A stretch of 64,000 nucleotides of DNA from a virus (Duplodnaviria; Caudoviricetes), in IMG/VR virus record IMGVR_UViG_3300028591_000100, positions 1 to 64,000 of that record; one strand, 5' to 3'. The notes under the pieces were generated by a model. It was not told where the DNA came from. It searched no databases and worked only from the letters and a program-made list of their open reading frames with translations. Made by a program: the position numbers and the translations under genes. Within the stretch, counting starts at the first letter, position 1; the number at the start of each line of letters is the position of its first letter. Below, one piece after another: positions 27,374-37,471 of this stretch.

Positions 27374-28250
27374 TTACAATGAGTATTTAAAAGGCTTGGA
27401 GCAATATCCACCTTTATCATCTGAAGAGGAGCAGCGGATAGGGCAGACACTCTCATCTGCTGCAGACCCTGATGAGAAGCAGGCAGCCAGACAGAAGCTA
27501 ATCAATCATAATCTAAGATGGGTTGTGAAAGTCGCCAATGAATATAAACGCAAATCCAGCTGGAAACAAGCAGATCTGATGGATATTATAGCAGCTGGTA
27601 ATATGGGATTGGTCACAGCAGCAGACAAATATGATTGGCGAATGGGAGGATTCCTATCCTACGCCGATTCTTGGATTCATCTTTTCATCAAGAGACTCCA
27701 TTTGAACACAGGGAACACCATCAGAATCCCAATCAACATCATTGAGATGGTGTGTTACGTATCAGGACTACAGGGTTACCTTGAACAGGTTCTGGGAAGA
27801 ACGCCGTCTACGGCAGAGATCGTAGAGGCGATGGATGGAATGATCGGGCAAAGAAAGGTCGAAGATCTGCTAAGTCACAGGATGGCAAAAGCAGTTTCCA
27901 TCGACAGTTCACCTTCAGGAGATGAGGATGGAGATATGACCTACGCAGAAATCATAGAGAGTGGATGTGAATCCCCAGAGGAATCTGCTCTGAAGAAAGA
28001 GCGAAGTGCTTTGCTGCGTCAGGCATTGGGGGAACTACCGTATGTTAACCGAAGGGTGATTGAATTACAGTTTGGATTAACAGATGAGGGAGAAAAAACT
28101 CTTGACGAAATCAGCTTAATGTTGCATAATGAAGGCTACGATAACAAGGGGAAACCTTATACGAAGCAGAACATCTCGTTAATCAGAATCAAAGGGATTG
28201 AGATGATTCAGCAGAATCAGAATATAATGAATCAATTAAAATATTTATAG
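27357..28250 (+). CDS. sigma-70 family RNA polymerase sigma factor (lacks region 1.1)
   Basis: Region 1.2 YLKGLEQYPPLSSEEE; 2.1 ARQKLINHNLRWVVKVA; 2.2-2.4 DIIAAGNMGL..AADKYD..FLSYA..W; TIRIP; region 4 HTH. Confidence 0.92.
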   Translation: MVMVNNYNEYLKGLEQYPPLSSEEEQRIGQTLSSAADPDEKQAARQKLINHNLRWVVKVANEYKRKSSWKQADLMDIIAAGNMGLVTAADKYDWRMGGFLSYADSWIHLFIKRLHLNTGNTIRIPINIIEMVCYVSGLQGYLEQVLGRTPSTAEIVEAMDGMIGQRKVEDLLSHRMAKAVSIDSSPSGDEDGDMTYAEIIESGCESPEESALKKERSALLRQALGELPYVNRRVIELQFGLTDEGEKTLDEISLMLHNEGYDNKGKPYTKQNISLIRIKGIEMIQQNQNIMNQLKYL

Positions 28251-28262
28251 GAGGTAGAAAAT

Positions 28263-28991
28263 ATGGCAAATTGGTGTTATAATCGTATTGCAATCTATAA
28301 TAAAAGTAATACGCCCGAAGGGGAAAGACAACTACAGCATTTGTTTCTAAATTTAAAAAGAAATATTTCAACAACAGTGGGGAGCGACGAGGAGAACAAA
28401 CGCAACTGGTATGGCCAGTTATTGTTAATCCACGGAATGACAGAAGAAGAAATTGCTGCTCAGGGTCCTTGCCGTGGCGGTTTCCAAGGACTTGAATGGT
28501 ATGACAAGGTTGAGGGGGAATATGACCGTGGCTACATACAGATAGATACAGAAACTGCTTGGGAACCACACGTTTGGGTAGTGACCAAGATGTTGGAATG
28601 GTATCCTGCGCTAGGATTCTGTTACTGTGCAGAGGAACCTGGATGTGGAATCTATATCAATACCGACACAACTGACAGATATTTCACTGAGGTGGGAAAG
28701 ATTGATTACAGTGCGGAAGGATTTGGTCTTGGCGAAGATGAAGAATATTTTGGTGACCGCGATTCTTGGACAGATGCAATCAAACATCACATTGAGCAAA
28801 TCCAATTTGTGATTAAATCACATCCAGAACTTCCACGATTCGAACCTAAGCTTTGTGGTGGCAACCCTGAAAAAATGGCAGGACAAATAAATGATTATTT
28901 TAATTCACTAGAATCATGCGATACAGTTCCAGCTGAGTTCTCTGGATGTTGGTATTACGCACACGAATTTTCAAAAGAAGGAGATGAGTAA
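28263..28991 (+). CDS. YubB/DUF1281-like ferredoxin-fold protein
   Basis: MANWCYNRI N-terminus; TETAWEP; YCAEEPGCGIY. Confidence 0.7.
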   Translation: MANWCYNRIAIYNKSNTPEGERQLQHLFLNLKRNISTTVGSDEENKRNWYGQLLLIHGMTEEEIAAQGPCRGGFQGLEWYDKVEGEYDRGYIQIDTETAWEPHVWVVTKMLEWYPALGFCYCAEEPGCGIYINTDTTDRYFTEVGKIDYSAEGFGLGEDEEYFGDRDSWTDAIKHHIEQIQFVIKSHPELPRFEPKLCGGNPEKMAGQINDYFNSLESCDTVPAEFSGCWYYAHEFSKEGDE

Positions 28992-29553
28992 AATGACAAA
29001 ACTATTACCAGACGGCACTTTTGCACCTATGACAGAGAAGGACATCGTAGATGACTTAGACGCATCAATCAAGCGCTATGCAGGAGTGGATGTTCAGATT
29101 CTGCACCGATTCGCCTTCAATGCGGAAATTGGCTTTCATACGGGCGAGGCAACGGCTTCCATAATAATCAGGGTTTATGATAGATATTTGGATGAAGACT
29201 TAGGCAAAACCTTCTATGATTTTATCGAAGCTCTTGATTATCTAAGAAGCATCTATAAATCTGACTTGGAGGAAGGGGAATACTATGACGTCATCAAAAA
29301 GAAGGCTGAACCTTCCAAGTCACCTGAGCTAGAACCAGAACCAAAACCAGCTAAGACAAAGACAGAAAAGAAATCCCCAATAGCAGTATCAAAGAAGGAT
29401 TTCCACGCCATCAAAGATTACCTTGATATGGATTCTTTGAGTGGCAGTAGCGGAAGTATTATTGCGAAGATGTTTAAGGGTGAATCAATGAAAGAGGCAT
29501 TCGATGATATGCTAGAAGAACTAAAAGAAGATTGGAGGAGGAAAGAAGAATAA
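28984..29553 (+). CDS. hypothetical protein
   Basis: AAGGAG RBS. Confidence 0.8.
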   Translation: MSKMTKLLPDGTFAPMTEKDIVDDLDASIKRYAGVDVQILHRFAFNAEIGFHTGEATASIIIRVYDRYLDEDLGKTFYDFIEALDYLRSIYKSDLEEGEYYDVIKKKAEPSKSPELEPEPKPAKTKTEKKSPIAVSKKDFHAIKDYLDMDSLSGSSGSIIAKMFKGESMKEAFDDMLEELKEDWRRKEE

Positions 29554-30098
29554 TGGAACAACGTTATAAAAGTGCGTGCACATCTGTAAATGCAGGGGGC
29601 AAAACTCCACGGTTAGCCCGAGCTGTTGCGTGGCCAGGGCACCGAAGGGAGAAACCAGAAATGGTTCTAGACTATGGGGGTGGTAAATATGACACTGCCA
29701 CACGGTTCTTGGAAAAATACAACATCATCAATCACATCTACGACCCGTTTAACCGTAGCCCTGAAGAGAACGAAAGGGCGTTAAGTAAAACAGACTATGA
29801 TGTGGTTATGCTTAGTAATGTATTAAATGTAATAATGGAACCAGAAATCAGGAAAGAGGTTCTAACGAACTGCTGGAATCACCTGAGAGACTATGGTGTC
29901 TTATTCATCAAAATTTATGAAGGGGACAAGAGTGGTGTACTGAAGGTGAATGAAAAAAAGAATTCCTGTCAATTAAACAGGGAGTTAGAGGATTACATCC
30001 CAGAAGTCCAAGAAGTCTTCAAAGATGGTGATGTATTCAGGACAAGCAATGATGGTGTTCCATTTATTTGGGCACAAAAAAGAGAAGGAGGAAAATAA
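29553..30098 (+). CDS. class I SAM-dependent methyltransferase
   Basis: VLDYGGGKYD, YDPFN, SNVLNVI motifs. Confidence 0.8.
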   Translation: MEQRYKSACTSVNAGGKTPRLARAVAWPGHRREKPEMVLDYGGGKYDTATRFLEKYNIINHIYDPFNRSPEENERALSKTDYDVVMLSNVLNVIMEPEIRKEVLTNCWNHLRDYGVLFIKIYEGDKSGVLKVNEKKNSCQLNRELEDYIPEVQEVFKDGDVFRTSNDGVPFIWAQKREGGK

Positions 30099-30100
30099 TT

Positions 30101-30424
30101 ATGCCAAAGAAAATTGTAGAAGTAGAAGAAGTAAAGGTAACTTATCAAGTATGGGTGTTAGGTTACGCGGGTGATGAGGACCGCTCAATCACCGATTATG
30201 ATGAGTTTTTAGCAGAGTTTGTAACTGAAGAGGAAGCAGTGGAGTATGCCGAATCGCTTACATTAGCTGGGGTGAAGGAAAGACTAGAAGCACTAGGCTC
30301 TGATATCCCAGAGGATGTTCGTTATCTACATCTTCAAGTGGAAACTGTAGAAGATGACGGTGAATACGAAGAGAACGTGGATACCGTATATGAAACAGAC
30401 TTTGATTTATATGAAGAGGAATAG
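30101..30424 (+). CDS. very acidic hypothetical protein
   Basis: AAGGAGG RBS; D/E-rich. Confidence 0.8.
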   Translation: MPKKIVEVEEVKVTYQVWVLGYAGDEDRSITDYDEFLAEFVTEEEAVEYAESLTLAGVKERLEALGSDIPEDVRYLHLQVETVEDDGEYEENVDTVYETDFDLYEEE

Positions 30425-30439
30425 AAGGAGGCAACTAAT

Positions 30440-31081
30440 ATGAAAATTAAGTTTCGTTACAAAGACAAATTCACGAAGGGGAACTGGAGTTACCAGCAAT
30501 GTGATGTAGGTGGCATCGAGGAGTGCCTACGCATCTACGGCTTGGGGGAAGACACTGAAGCTTATGAAATCTTGGAAGTAGATGGAAAGCTTACAAAAGA
30601 AGGAAAGCTTGAGAAGATCGAGAAGCTTAAAGCAGATCCACATGTGGAAGATCTTTGGTTTGAAGAAGATCTACTTCAATTTGGACGCGACGACAGCGTC
30701 TGGTATGGAGATAAGGTTTTAAGCTTCACCTTCAAGGATGAGAACGGCAACCCAAGATATGATGTTTCAGTTATAGCTAATGGTGATGTTCGCATCTGCA
30801 TCGGGGATGATTGTGTAGCCAATAAGAATAACTACGCAGGTCGTGTTATTGAGTTCTTGGAGGAACATAACATTAAAGATGACGAAGCCCTTAAAAAAGC
30901 TGAAGAAGATGGTGATTTATATTGGGAGAACAATAACTGGTTTGAGGTGGTTGTGTATGACACAGAAACTGAAGAAGACCTAACAGAAGGTTTCGACTAC
31001 TGGATTATTGATAGCCCATTTGACTTAGATGTCAGTGCTGTTCTAGATGTAATCAATGGAGAGGGGGAGGAAGAAGAATGA
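30440..31081 (+). CDS. acidic hypothetical protein
   Basis: AAGGAGG RBS; WENNNWFE motif. Confidence 0.85.
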   Translation: MKIKFRYKDKFTKGNWSYQQCDVGGIEECLRIYGLGEDTEAYEILEVDGKLTKEGKLEKIEKLKADPHVEDLWFEEDLLQFGRDDSVWYGDKVLSFTFKDENGNPRYDVSVIANGDVRICIGDDCVANKNNYAGRVIEFLEEHNIKDDEALKKAEEDGDLYWENNNWFEVVVYDTETEEDLTEGFDYWIIDSPFDLDVSAVLDVINGEGEEEE

Positions 31082-31260
31082 AGAAAGACCAACAACTGCT
31101 AGCCAAGATGTTGGAATTAAAAAGCTTTTCAGATGGATGGTTAGACTACGTAAAGTCCTTCAACCCTTGTGCATATTCGGATAGGATATTAGAACATGTC
31201 ATAGAGGTTGCAGAAGAAATCAAACAGCTACATGAAGAAAATTTTAAGGAGGGTAAATAG
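31078..31260 (+). CDS. hypothetical protein
   Basis: ATGA overlap, GGAGG RBS. Confidence 0.7.
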   Translation: MKKDQQLLAKMLELKSFSDGWLDYVKSFNPCAYSDRILEHVIEVAEEIKQLHEENFKEGK

Positions 31261-31265
31261 CAGAG

Positions 31266-31454
31266 ATGAGGCTAACATTGATGGAAAAGAAAGCCGTCAA
31301 GATGATGACGGAACACACCTTGGAACTCAACAAGCAGGGAAGAGTCCAAGGTAAAAGAAAAGAGGATAAAAAGGAGCTAAACAAGCTCCTTGCCTCTATT
31401 CTTAAAAAAGTAACAAAAGACATTGAAGAAGAAAACAATAAGGAGGAAAAATAA
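31266..31454 (+). CDS. basic hypothetical protein
   Basis: GGAGG RBS. Confidence 0.65.
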   Translation: MRLTLMEKKAVKMMTEHTLELNKQGRVQGKRKEDKKELNKLLASILKKVTKDIEEENNKEEK

Positions 31455-31455
31455 T

Positions 31456-31923
31456 ATGAATATAAATATTAGAATAAAAAGAGAAGAAGCAGTAAAAAGA
31501 TTAGAACTCTTAAAGGAGAAGGGTATGACATACTACCCTCCTCACGAAAGTTTTAAAAAAGGAACAGATATCGGTATTTTTGAAAACCAAGGACCATTAG
31601 CTAAAGCAGTGTATTATGCGTTAAAATTAAATACGGGTGATAATGGCTTTTATGACAAGCTAAATCAAGCCGTTGAGGAGTTTGAAACAAAACATAATGC
31701 GATTGTATATTTGATTCTTGTAACCCATGCAGTATTTGGAACTGTTTGCGACATGTTCTATGTAAGTGATTACAAAGAAGAGTGGAAGCAAGATATCCAA
31801 GACTTAAAAGATGGTTACAGTTGTGTCTATAGCTACAACATGGATGAGCCAATGTTCTCAGAAATTGGGACAATAGGTTTTGGCGTAGCTATAGCTTTTG
31901 GTGGAATATATAGAACAGAATAG
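31456..31923 (+). CDS. hypothetical protein
   Basis: AAGGAGG RBS; start moved to 31456. Confidence 0.85.
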   Translation: MNINIRIKREEAVKRLELLKEKGMTYYPPHESFKKGTDIGIFENQGPLAKAVYYALKLNTGDNGFYDKLNQAVEEFETKHNAIVYLILVTHAVFGTVCDMFYVSDYKEEWKQDIQDLKDGYSCVYSYNMDEPMFSEIGTIGFGVAIAFGGIYRTE

Positions 31924-31933
31924 GAGGAAAAAT

Positions 31934-32275
31934 ATGAAAACATATGATTCAAAGCTAGTAGATTTCTTAGCTAATTATAATGTCGTTCAAATTCAGGGTC
32001 CGTTGGACTATATTAACTTAAGAAACGCATTAAAAGTCGTAGGGCTAGATATGCTGCCAAAGGAAAAATTTATAGACGCTTTAGGTAACGCTGAACGCTA
32101 CGATAAACAACATGGCAGAACTTACGAAACTGACCCTATTCTATATATGGAATATCGAAATGATAAAGGTTTCGGTTTCTGGAGAGGCACAAAGGAAGAA
32201 TTGGTTGATTGGTATGGCGTAGAACCATTAACAGTCAAAGAAATTTTAGAAGAAGTGGGGGTGAAGAAAATATGA
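31934..32275 (+). CDS. hypothetical protein
   Basis: AGGAGG RBS. Confidence 0.8.
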   Translation: MKTYDSKLVDFLANYNVVQIQGPLDYINLRNALKVVGLDMLPKEKFIDALGNAERYDKQHGRTYETDPILYMEYRNDKGFGFWRGTKEELVDWYGVEPLTVKEILEEVGVKKI

Positions 32276-32754
32276 AATCAATTTTCGAAAAATATGTAGA
32301 TGCACTTAACAGTTTGGCGGTGCCTGGAATCCCAGACAACAAGGTTGCCGTGTTCACGGGAAATCAGGTGTTTACAGATGCAAACGAAGCATCCGTGGAA
32401 AACTATATAAATTATCATGTGATGCCATGGGCTTTCATGAACGGCATCTATTGTCGTGGTATGACACACGGTAATTTTGTGGTTGAGAGAGATTACTGCA
32501 AACCTGAAGAGGTGATTAAAAACAAAGAAGAGGATTTCTATTTGAACGTAGATATCCTAAACTATGTTTACGCCGTGATGGCAGCTGCTACTGAAATTCG
32601 TAAAGCACCAGAAGGAACAGTAATTGTGGTTGGTTACTGTGGCGAAGCGGATAACACATATGTGAGCCGTTTTGCAACCGTTGCAGACTTTGTGGAGCAG
32701 GCAGAGCAAGAAATCAAAGATTTAGACTATCATGATGAAGAGGAGGAAAAGTAA
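32272..32754 (+). CDS. hypothetical protein
   Basis: GGGGG RBS, ATGA overlap. Confidence 0.8.
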   Translation: MKSIFEKYVDALNSLAVPGIPDNKVAVFTGNQVFTDANEASVENYINYHVMPWAFMNGIYCRGMTHGNFVVERDYCKPEEVIKNKEEDFYLNVDILNYVYAVMAAATEIRKAPEGTVIVVGYCGEADNTYVSRFATVADFVEQAEQEIKDLDYHDEEEEK

Positions 32755-33177
32755 ATGGAAAAACTAGCATTTAAAGCAGAAATAACACTTGACCGTGAGG
32801 AGGTAATAGACATTCTAACCACAGCGCTTGAAGGTGGAATAGCCTATTGGCGGTGCCTAGACAACACATGCCCAACATGGAAAAAGGCAAGAAAGCAGGT
32901 TGAAGCAGCAAAAGGTGATGATTACTATATCGAAGATGTTATGCTTCAGGTTTTAGAAAATGGTGATGACGTTATCTTTATCGATGCTGAGCAAGACCCT
33001 GATGATGCTAATAGCGATAAATATACGCTTAACATGGATAAGTTTAAACAAGGGCTTGTGTTATTCACACAAAACCGTGGAAATCCCCAGAAGATATTGG
33101 CAGATGGAGCCTTCGATGCTGTGGAAGCAGATTGCCTCATCCAATACGCATGCTTCGGGGATATAATATTTGGATAG
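32755..33177 (+). CDS. hypothetical phage protein
   Basis: TALEGGIAYW...DAVEADCLIQYACFGDIIFG. Confidence 0.85.
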   Translation: MEKLAFKAEITLDREEVIDILTTALEGGIAYWRCLDNTCPTWKKARKQVEAAKGDDYYIEDVMLQVLENGDDVIFIDAEQDPDDANSDKYTLNMDKFKQGLVLFTQNRGNPQKILADGAFDAVEADCLIQYACFGDIIFG

Positions 33178-33194
33178 AAAGGAGGGCGAAAAAG

Positions 33195-33638
33195 ATGACT
33201 GACACAATGAAAAATTATAATGCATTGGTTCCACTGATGAACAATTTGCAAAAAGAAGGATATCCAGTCTATGAAAAATGCGACAGAAACATGGGGTATG
33301 GTTTCTACGCAGAAGGTAAGAACGGATATTATGTTGATGCGCACATCTGGGGAAAGTATATAAATGTTTCTTTAATTAGACACTGCACTTTGCATGGGCA
33401 TGATGTCCTAAATGATGTGCGGCTAAAAAGAACCGTGAACCTTCAGGATGCACGGGAAGTGGAAGAGGTTGTGCGTCGATATCTTCAGGAAACTGAAGGG
33501 TTCAACAGGCAATATCAAGTGTTTTTAGGAGAGGCAGAACTATTAGTGTTAATAGATAAATGTAGCTCCAGAAACAGTGATGCGAGCTTAAAAGAAAAGT
33601 TAGAATATTATTTACAAAAAGGTAAAAAGGAGGTATAA
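33195..33638 (+). CDS. hypothetical protein
   Basis: AAGGAGG RBS. Confidence 0.8.
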   Translation: MTDTMKNYNALVPLMNNLQKEGYPVYEKCDRNMGYGFYAEGKNGYYVDAHIWGKYINVSLIRHCTLHGHDVLNDVRLKRTVNLQDAREVEEVVRRYLQETEGFNRQYQVFLGEAELLVLIDKCSSRNSDASLKEKLEYYLQKGKKEV

Positions 33639-33639
33639 T

Positions 33640-34041
33640 ATGGGTGCATGTTATTCAGTAGTATGTAGATTAAAATTTAATATTTGGAGTGAAGATAAGG
33701 TTCTAGAAAAACTGCAGGAGTGTTATGAAAGGCATCTACGGGAACACGTAGGTTTCTGTATTGAGGAGTATCCTTTTAAAGAGCCACGCACAATTCAGGA
33801 TTTCATGGAACTTTATTTTACAAAGCACCAGAAAATGTTTAGCTTCGCGAAGGAGCGTTTAAAGAACGACAACATGATTTATGAGGCATCATCAGGTTTT
33901 GATGCAAGCTACGGATGGTGGCGAATTATGTATGATTTCTTTGAAAGCATAGCGATGTTCCTGATGCGAGGAAGTCGTTTGGAAATCTGGGAGGACAATG
34001 GTTATGAAGTATATAGGATTAAAGATGGGAAGGTGGTTTAA
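33640..34041 (+). CDS. hypothetical protein
   Basis: AAGGAGG RBS. Confidence 0.8.
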   Translation: MGACYSVVCRLKFNIWSEDKVLEKLQECYERHLREHVGFCIEEYPFKEPRTIQDFMELYFTKHQKMFSFAKERLKNDNMIYEASSGFDASYGWWRIMYDFFESIAMFLMRGSRLEIWEDNGYEVYRIKDGKVV

Positions 34042-34043
34042 GT

Positions 34044-34340
34044 ATGAAATTAAAAAGTTATTTAAGAAAGAATAAAGACTTAATAGACAAATTTAATGAA
34101 CTATATATTCATACCAACAAGCTTCATTATAATGGCACTGAAGAGACTGTAGAAGATTTGCATAGAGTCTTTTCAGATAAAAACATTCATAGAATGGCAA
34201 TATGTTGTTGGGATTTAGTATTGTCAAAAGAAGAATTGGACAGCGAAATAATAGGAGTCCCATTGGCGTGCATAAGTTCTTTGCCATTCCATCATGGCGA
34301 AAAAGTATTAAATATAGTTATTAAAAAAGAGGAGGAATAA
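34044..34340 (+). CDS. hypothetical protein
   Basis: AAGGTGG RBS. Confidence 0.75.
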   Translation: MKLKSYLRKNKDLIDKFNELYIHTNKLHYNGTEETVEDLHRVFSDKNIHRMAICCWDLVLSKEELDSEIIGVPLACISSLPFHHGEKVLNIVIKKEEE

Positions 34341-34344
34341 TATT

Positions 34345-34833
34345 ATGGGATTAGATATGTATTTATATTTAAGAAAGCATGAGAGTTGCTCTCAATGGAG
34401 TACAAAAAACTTTGAGGAAGAGAAGAAAAGGTTCTATCCTGAGGAGTTAAGAGAGCTAGGTGAAAACATAGCCAAAAACAATTATATGTCAAAAAGCACT
34501 GAGTACCAAGTCGCATATTGGAGAAAAGCAAATCAAATTCACAACTACTTTATTAAAAAGTGTGCTGATGGCGTAGATGACTGCAGCCCAGTCTATGTTG
34601 AATTAGAAGACCTGATAGAGTTAGTATCATTGTGTAGAGAGGTAATTGAAAATCCTGACAAGGCTAAAACAAAATTACCAACGCAGGATGGCTTCTTCTT
34701 TGGTAGTACTAAGTACGATGAGTATTACGAACAAGAACTAGAATATACAGTCGAGCAGTTAGAGCCGATTATTAAATTCTTGGAAAGTGAAGAAGGCAGC
34801 GATTATGATGCTATATATAGAGCCAGCTGGTAA
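34345..34833 (+). CDS. hypothetical phage protein (MGLDMYL / YWRKAN type)
   Basis: MGLDMYL, AYWRKANQIHNYF, LPTQDGFFFGS, YRASW. Confidence 0.85.
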   Translation: MGLDMYLYLRKHESCSQWSTKNFEEEKKRFYPEELRELGENIAKNNYMSKSTEYQVAYWRKANQIHNYFIKKCADGVDDCSPVYVELEDLIELVSLCREVIENPDKAKTKLPTQDGFFFGSTKYDEYYEQELEYTVEQLEPIIKFLESEEGSDYDAIYRASW

Positions 34834-34848
34834 TCCAGTTGGCTTTTT
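34821..34848 (+). terminator. intrinsic terminator
   Basis: AGCCAGCTGG-taat-CCAGTTGGCT followed by TTTT. Confidence 0.7.
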
Positions 34849-34874
34849 AAATCAAAATAAGGAGGAAAAATAAT

Positions 34875-35141
34875 ATGATAAAATACGCAATAGTTTTTGC
34901 AAGTTATTTAGAAACAGAGGGGCTTGATGCCTCTGTTGCGTTCTATGACAAAGAAGAAGACGCAGCTAAATACTTAAAACAAGAATATGAGTATGCCATG
35001 GAAGACTTCAAAGGCGGTTCTGTAGATTGGAACGAATACGAAGAGGGACAAAAGTATTCAGTTGGTGGATCTGACAAACACGGATACAACGACAGATACG
35101 AGGCATATATTATGAAAGTAAATTTTGAGGAGGAAAAATAG
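34875..35141 (+). CDS. acidic hypothetical protein
   Basis: AAGGAGG RBS. Confidence 0.8.
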   Translation: MIKYAIVFASYLETEGLDASVAFYDKEEDAAKYLKQEYEYAMEDFKGGSVDWNEYEEGQKYSVGGSDKHGYNDRYEAYIMKVNFEEEK

Positions 35142-35142
35142 T

Positions 35143-35445
35143 ATGAAAAAATATTTATACAATTTTATAGATACTTATGAAGGGGACGATAGCGACCTAA
35201 GTTTTATAATTGAATCAACCGCCGACGAGGAAACAATGAGAAGCATTGAGGTGGTATCTGACCTTATTTGGCGCGAGATAGAAGATGAAGACGAAATGCC
35301 ATCGTTATCACCACAAGAAAAAGATTTGTATGACAAATATTATGAACGTTCTGCTGGGGAATCAAAAGCGCTAATAATAAAGCGAATAGTCGAAGAAGAA
35401 GGCTACACTTGGGAAGAACCAGATATGATAGAAATCGAATGGTAG
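35143..35445 (+). CDS. acidic hypothetical protein
   Basis: GAGGAGG RBS. Confidence 0.8.
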   Translation: MKKYLYNFIDTYEGDDSDLSFIIESTADEETMRSIEVVSDLIWREIEDEDEMPSLSPQEKDLYDKYYERSAGESKALIIKRIVEEEGYTWEEPDMIEIEW

Positions 35446-35456
35446 GAGGAAAGAAT

Positions 35457-35876
35457 ATGACAAATGAAAGATTAAAAGACATTATTGGAGAATTAGCTAA
35501 TGAGCTAAACGATATGTACAGCCGTTATTTAGATTGTGATGACTTCGGTGATTATATCACAGGCTTGTTAACAAGAGAAGAAGCCAAAGAATTAGACCTT
35601 GATGGTTGGTTTGGTGAAGAAGAGGACGAAGAAGAAGAGCTAACTGACGAAGATTATGAATACCAATTTGGCAGTGATATAGCAATTCGAATTTGTCGAG
35701 CAAACAACATCCCATTAAGCGACATCGAAGTATATGGCTCTAATGCGTATTGGATCAACGATGCAATTAACAATCTTCAAGACTTATATGATATTAATGA
35801 GAACTTCGTAATACCTACAGGTGATGAAGAGCTAATAAGAGATTACAGAGAACAAATTTTAGAGGAGGATGAATAA
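35457..35876 (+). CDS. very acidic hypothetical protein
   Basis: AGGAGG RBS; EEEDEEEE tract. Confidence 0.8.
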   Translation: MTNERLKDIIGELANELNDMYSRYLDCDDFGDYITGLLTREEAKELDLDGWFGEEEDEEEELTDEDYEYQFGSDIAIRICRANNIPLSDIEVYGSNAYWINDAINNLQDLYDINENFVIPTGDEELIRDYREQILEEDE

Positions 35877-36342
35877 TATGAATGAGAAAAAATTTATTAT
35901 TTATGAGGACTACTATTTAATGGACTCAGATGCGCAGCAAGAGTTGCGTGAGGCAATTGCAGAAGAACGTGAAATGGATCTAGATAAGGTAACACATTCT
36001 TTTGCATCTGAAGAACATCTACAGGAATTTGATGATGAATTCGACGAATGTTTTGGAAACTGGCAAGACATCGTCGGAGATCGCCCAGTTGTTGTAACTG
36101 GAGAGCTTGGTCTTTGGGACGGCACACATGAGATAGAGCCAAGGGAGTTTGATGACTTATCAGCAGCCGTTTATAAATGTCTTGAAGACTATAACTGCAT
36201 CTGGGAGGATTCAGATGGAAACTTCCATGTAGATGCTCATCATCATGATGGAGTAAATCATTTTACAATCTATCTATTTGACGGCGACTACAAAAATCCT
36301 GAATGCTATAGCCCAATTAATTATTTGAAAGGTGGTGAATAA
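35869..36342 (+). CDS. acidic hypothetical protein
   Basis: GELGLWDG and HHHDGVNHF motifs. Confidence 0.8.
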   Translation: MNNMNEKKFIIYEDYYLMDSDAQQELREAIAEEREMDLDKVTHSFASEEHLQEFDDEFDECFGNWQDIVGDRPVVVTGELGLWDGTHEIEPREFDDLSAAVYKCLEDYNCIWEDSDGNFHVDAHHHDGVNHFTIYLFDGDYKNPECYSPINYLKGGE

Positions 36343-36553
36343 TATGAAATATACAATACGTGAAACAGTATCAATGGTAAGAGAAATCACCGTAGAGGGT
36401 GAAAGCTTGAAAGAAGTGGAAGAGAACTACCAAAACGGTGATTACGATGAAGAATTAAATTCATATTATTTTGACGGCCAATATGATGACGTGAGCTACA
36501 CAATAGAAAGCGAAGATGGTCGCTATTCAGTTCGAGATAAAGAAAGGGAGTGA
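36332..36553 (+). CDS. small acidic hypothetical protein
   Basis: ORF in array; start probably at MKYTIRE. Confidence 0.7.
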   Translation: MVNNMKYTIRETVSMVREITVEGESLKEVEENYQNGDYDEELNSYYFDGQYDDVSYTIESEDGRYSVRDKERE

Positions 36554-36870
36554 GTAATGTGAAGGACTTATTAAAGAACGGACCTTATGAAATTAAGGAA
36601 CTAACAAGGGAGCAGAAACAAACTTTAGTTAGAGAATTATTAGGAGACTGGGAAGGAGTTAGAAAATGGGACTTAAATAAACCTTGGTATGTCTCAAACA
36701 ATCCTATGCTAGATCAGGTTTTTGATAACCGAGATAAAGATTTCTGGCAAAAAGGAGAAGAATACCCTTACCCTTATGTAATTCTATATGGTGGGGACAC
36801 TGTTGAATATCAAATTGAAAGTCTCTCTAAAGAAGATGCAAATGAAATGGGAATATTCTTAAGTAGATAG
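36550..36870 (+). CDS. hypothetical protein
   Basis: overlapping start/stop. Confidence 0.75.
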   Translation: MSNVKDLLKNGPYEIKELTREQKQTLVRELLGDWEGVRKWDLNKPWYVSNNPMLDQVFDNRDKDFWQKGEEYPYPYVILYGGDTVEYQIESLSKEDANEMGIFLSR

Positions 36871-36883
36871 GAGGAGAAATAAT

Positions 36884-37186
36884 ATGGAACAAGAATACTA
36901 TATTGAAGTCGTGGACAAACGAGTGGAATTAGATCCACCGTATGTGTGGCAAAGTGAACCTTTTGCAACAAAAGAAGAAGCTTTGAAATTTGGTAGAAAA
37001 GTCGCTGCAAGCTTTAGACGCAGCGACATATCTATGTTATTAAAAAAGAATCCATGGTCGTATCTGAATCCAGCATGGGAAGTATCAGCTAAGGGAGTAA
37101 AGACAAATCTTGAAACAAGGCTAATGATAATGGACTGGATTGATGAAGAAGAGTATGAAATCGGATTCTTAGAAAAAATAAAATAA
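36884..37186 (+). CDS. hypothetical protein
   Basis: AGGAGG RBS. Confidence 0.8.
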   Translation: MEQEYYIEVVDKRVELDPPYVWQSEPFATKEEALKFGRKVAASFRRSDISMLLKKNPWSYLNPAWEVSAKGVKTNLETRLMIMDWIDEEEYEIGFLEKIK

Positions 37187-37204
37187 TTAAGGAGGAGAAA
37201 TAAT

Positions 37205-37441
37205 ATGGGACCAATAACAGTAAATCAATTATTAAGAAATTTAACAGAATTAAAAGCAAAAGGATACGGTAATGCACCGATCTTCGTAACAGACGATGAG
37301 GAGTGCAACGGTTATCACGCATTGTGGTATATCGGTGAAGCCGCTGGGGAAATGCCAGCCAGCAGAAAAGCCGACTGTGAAGAATTAAACTGCGATCTTT
37401 GTGTACTAAAAGACAGGAAGATGGCAGTTTACATGGGATAA
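37205..37441 (+). CDS. hypothetical protein
   Basis: AAGGAGG RBS; DDEECNGYH motif. Confidence 0.8.
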   Translation: MGPITVNQLLRNLTELKAKGYGNAPIFVTDDEECNGYHALWYIGEAAGEMPASRKADCEELNCDLCVLKDRKMAVYMG

Positions 37442-37471
37442 GAAAAATAGTGTAAATTTAATATTTAAGCA

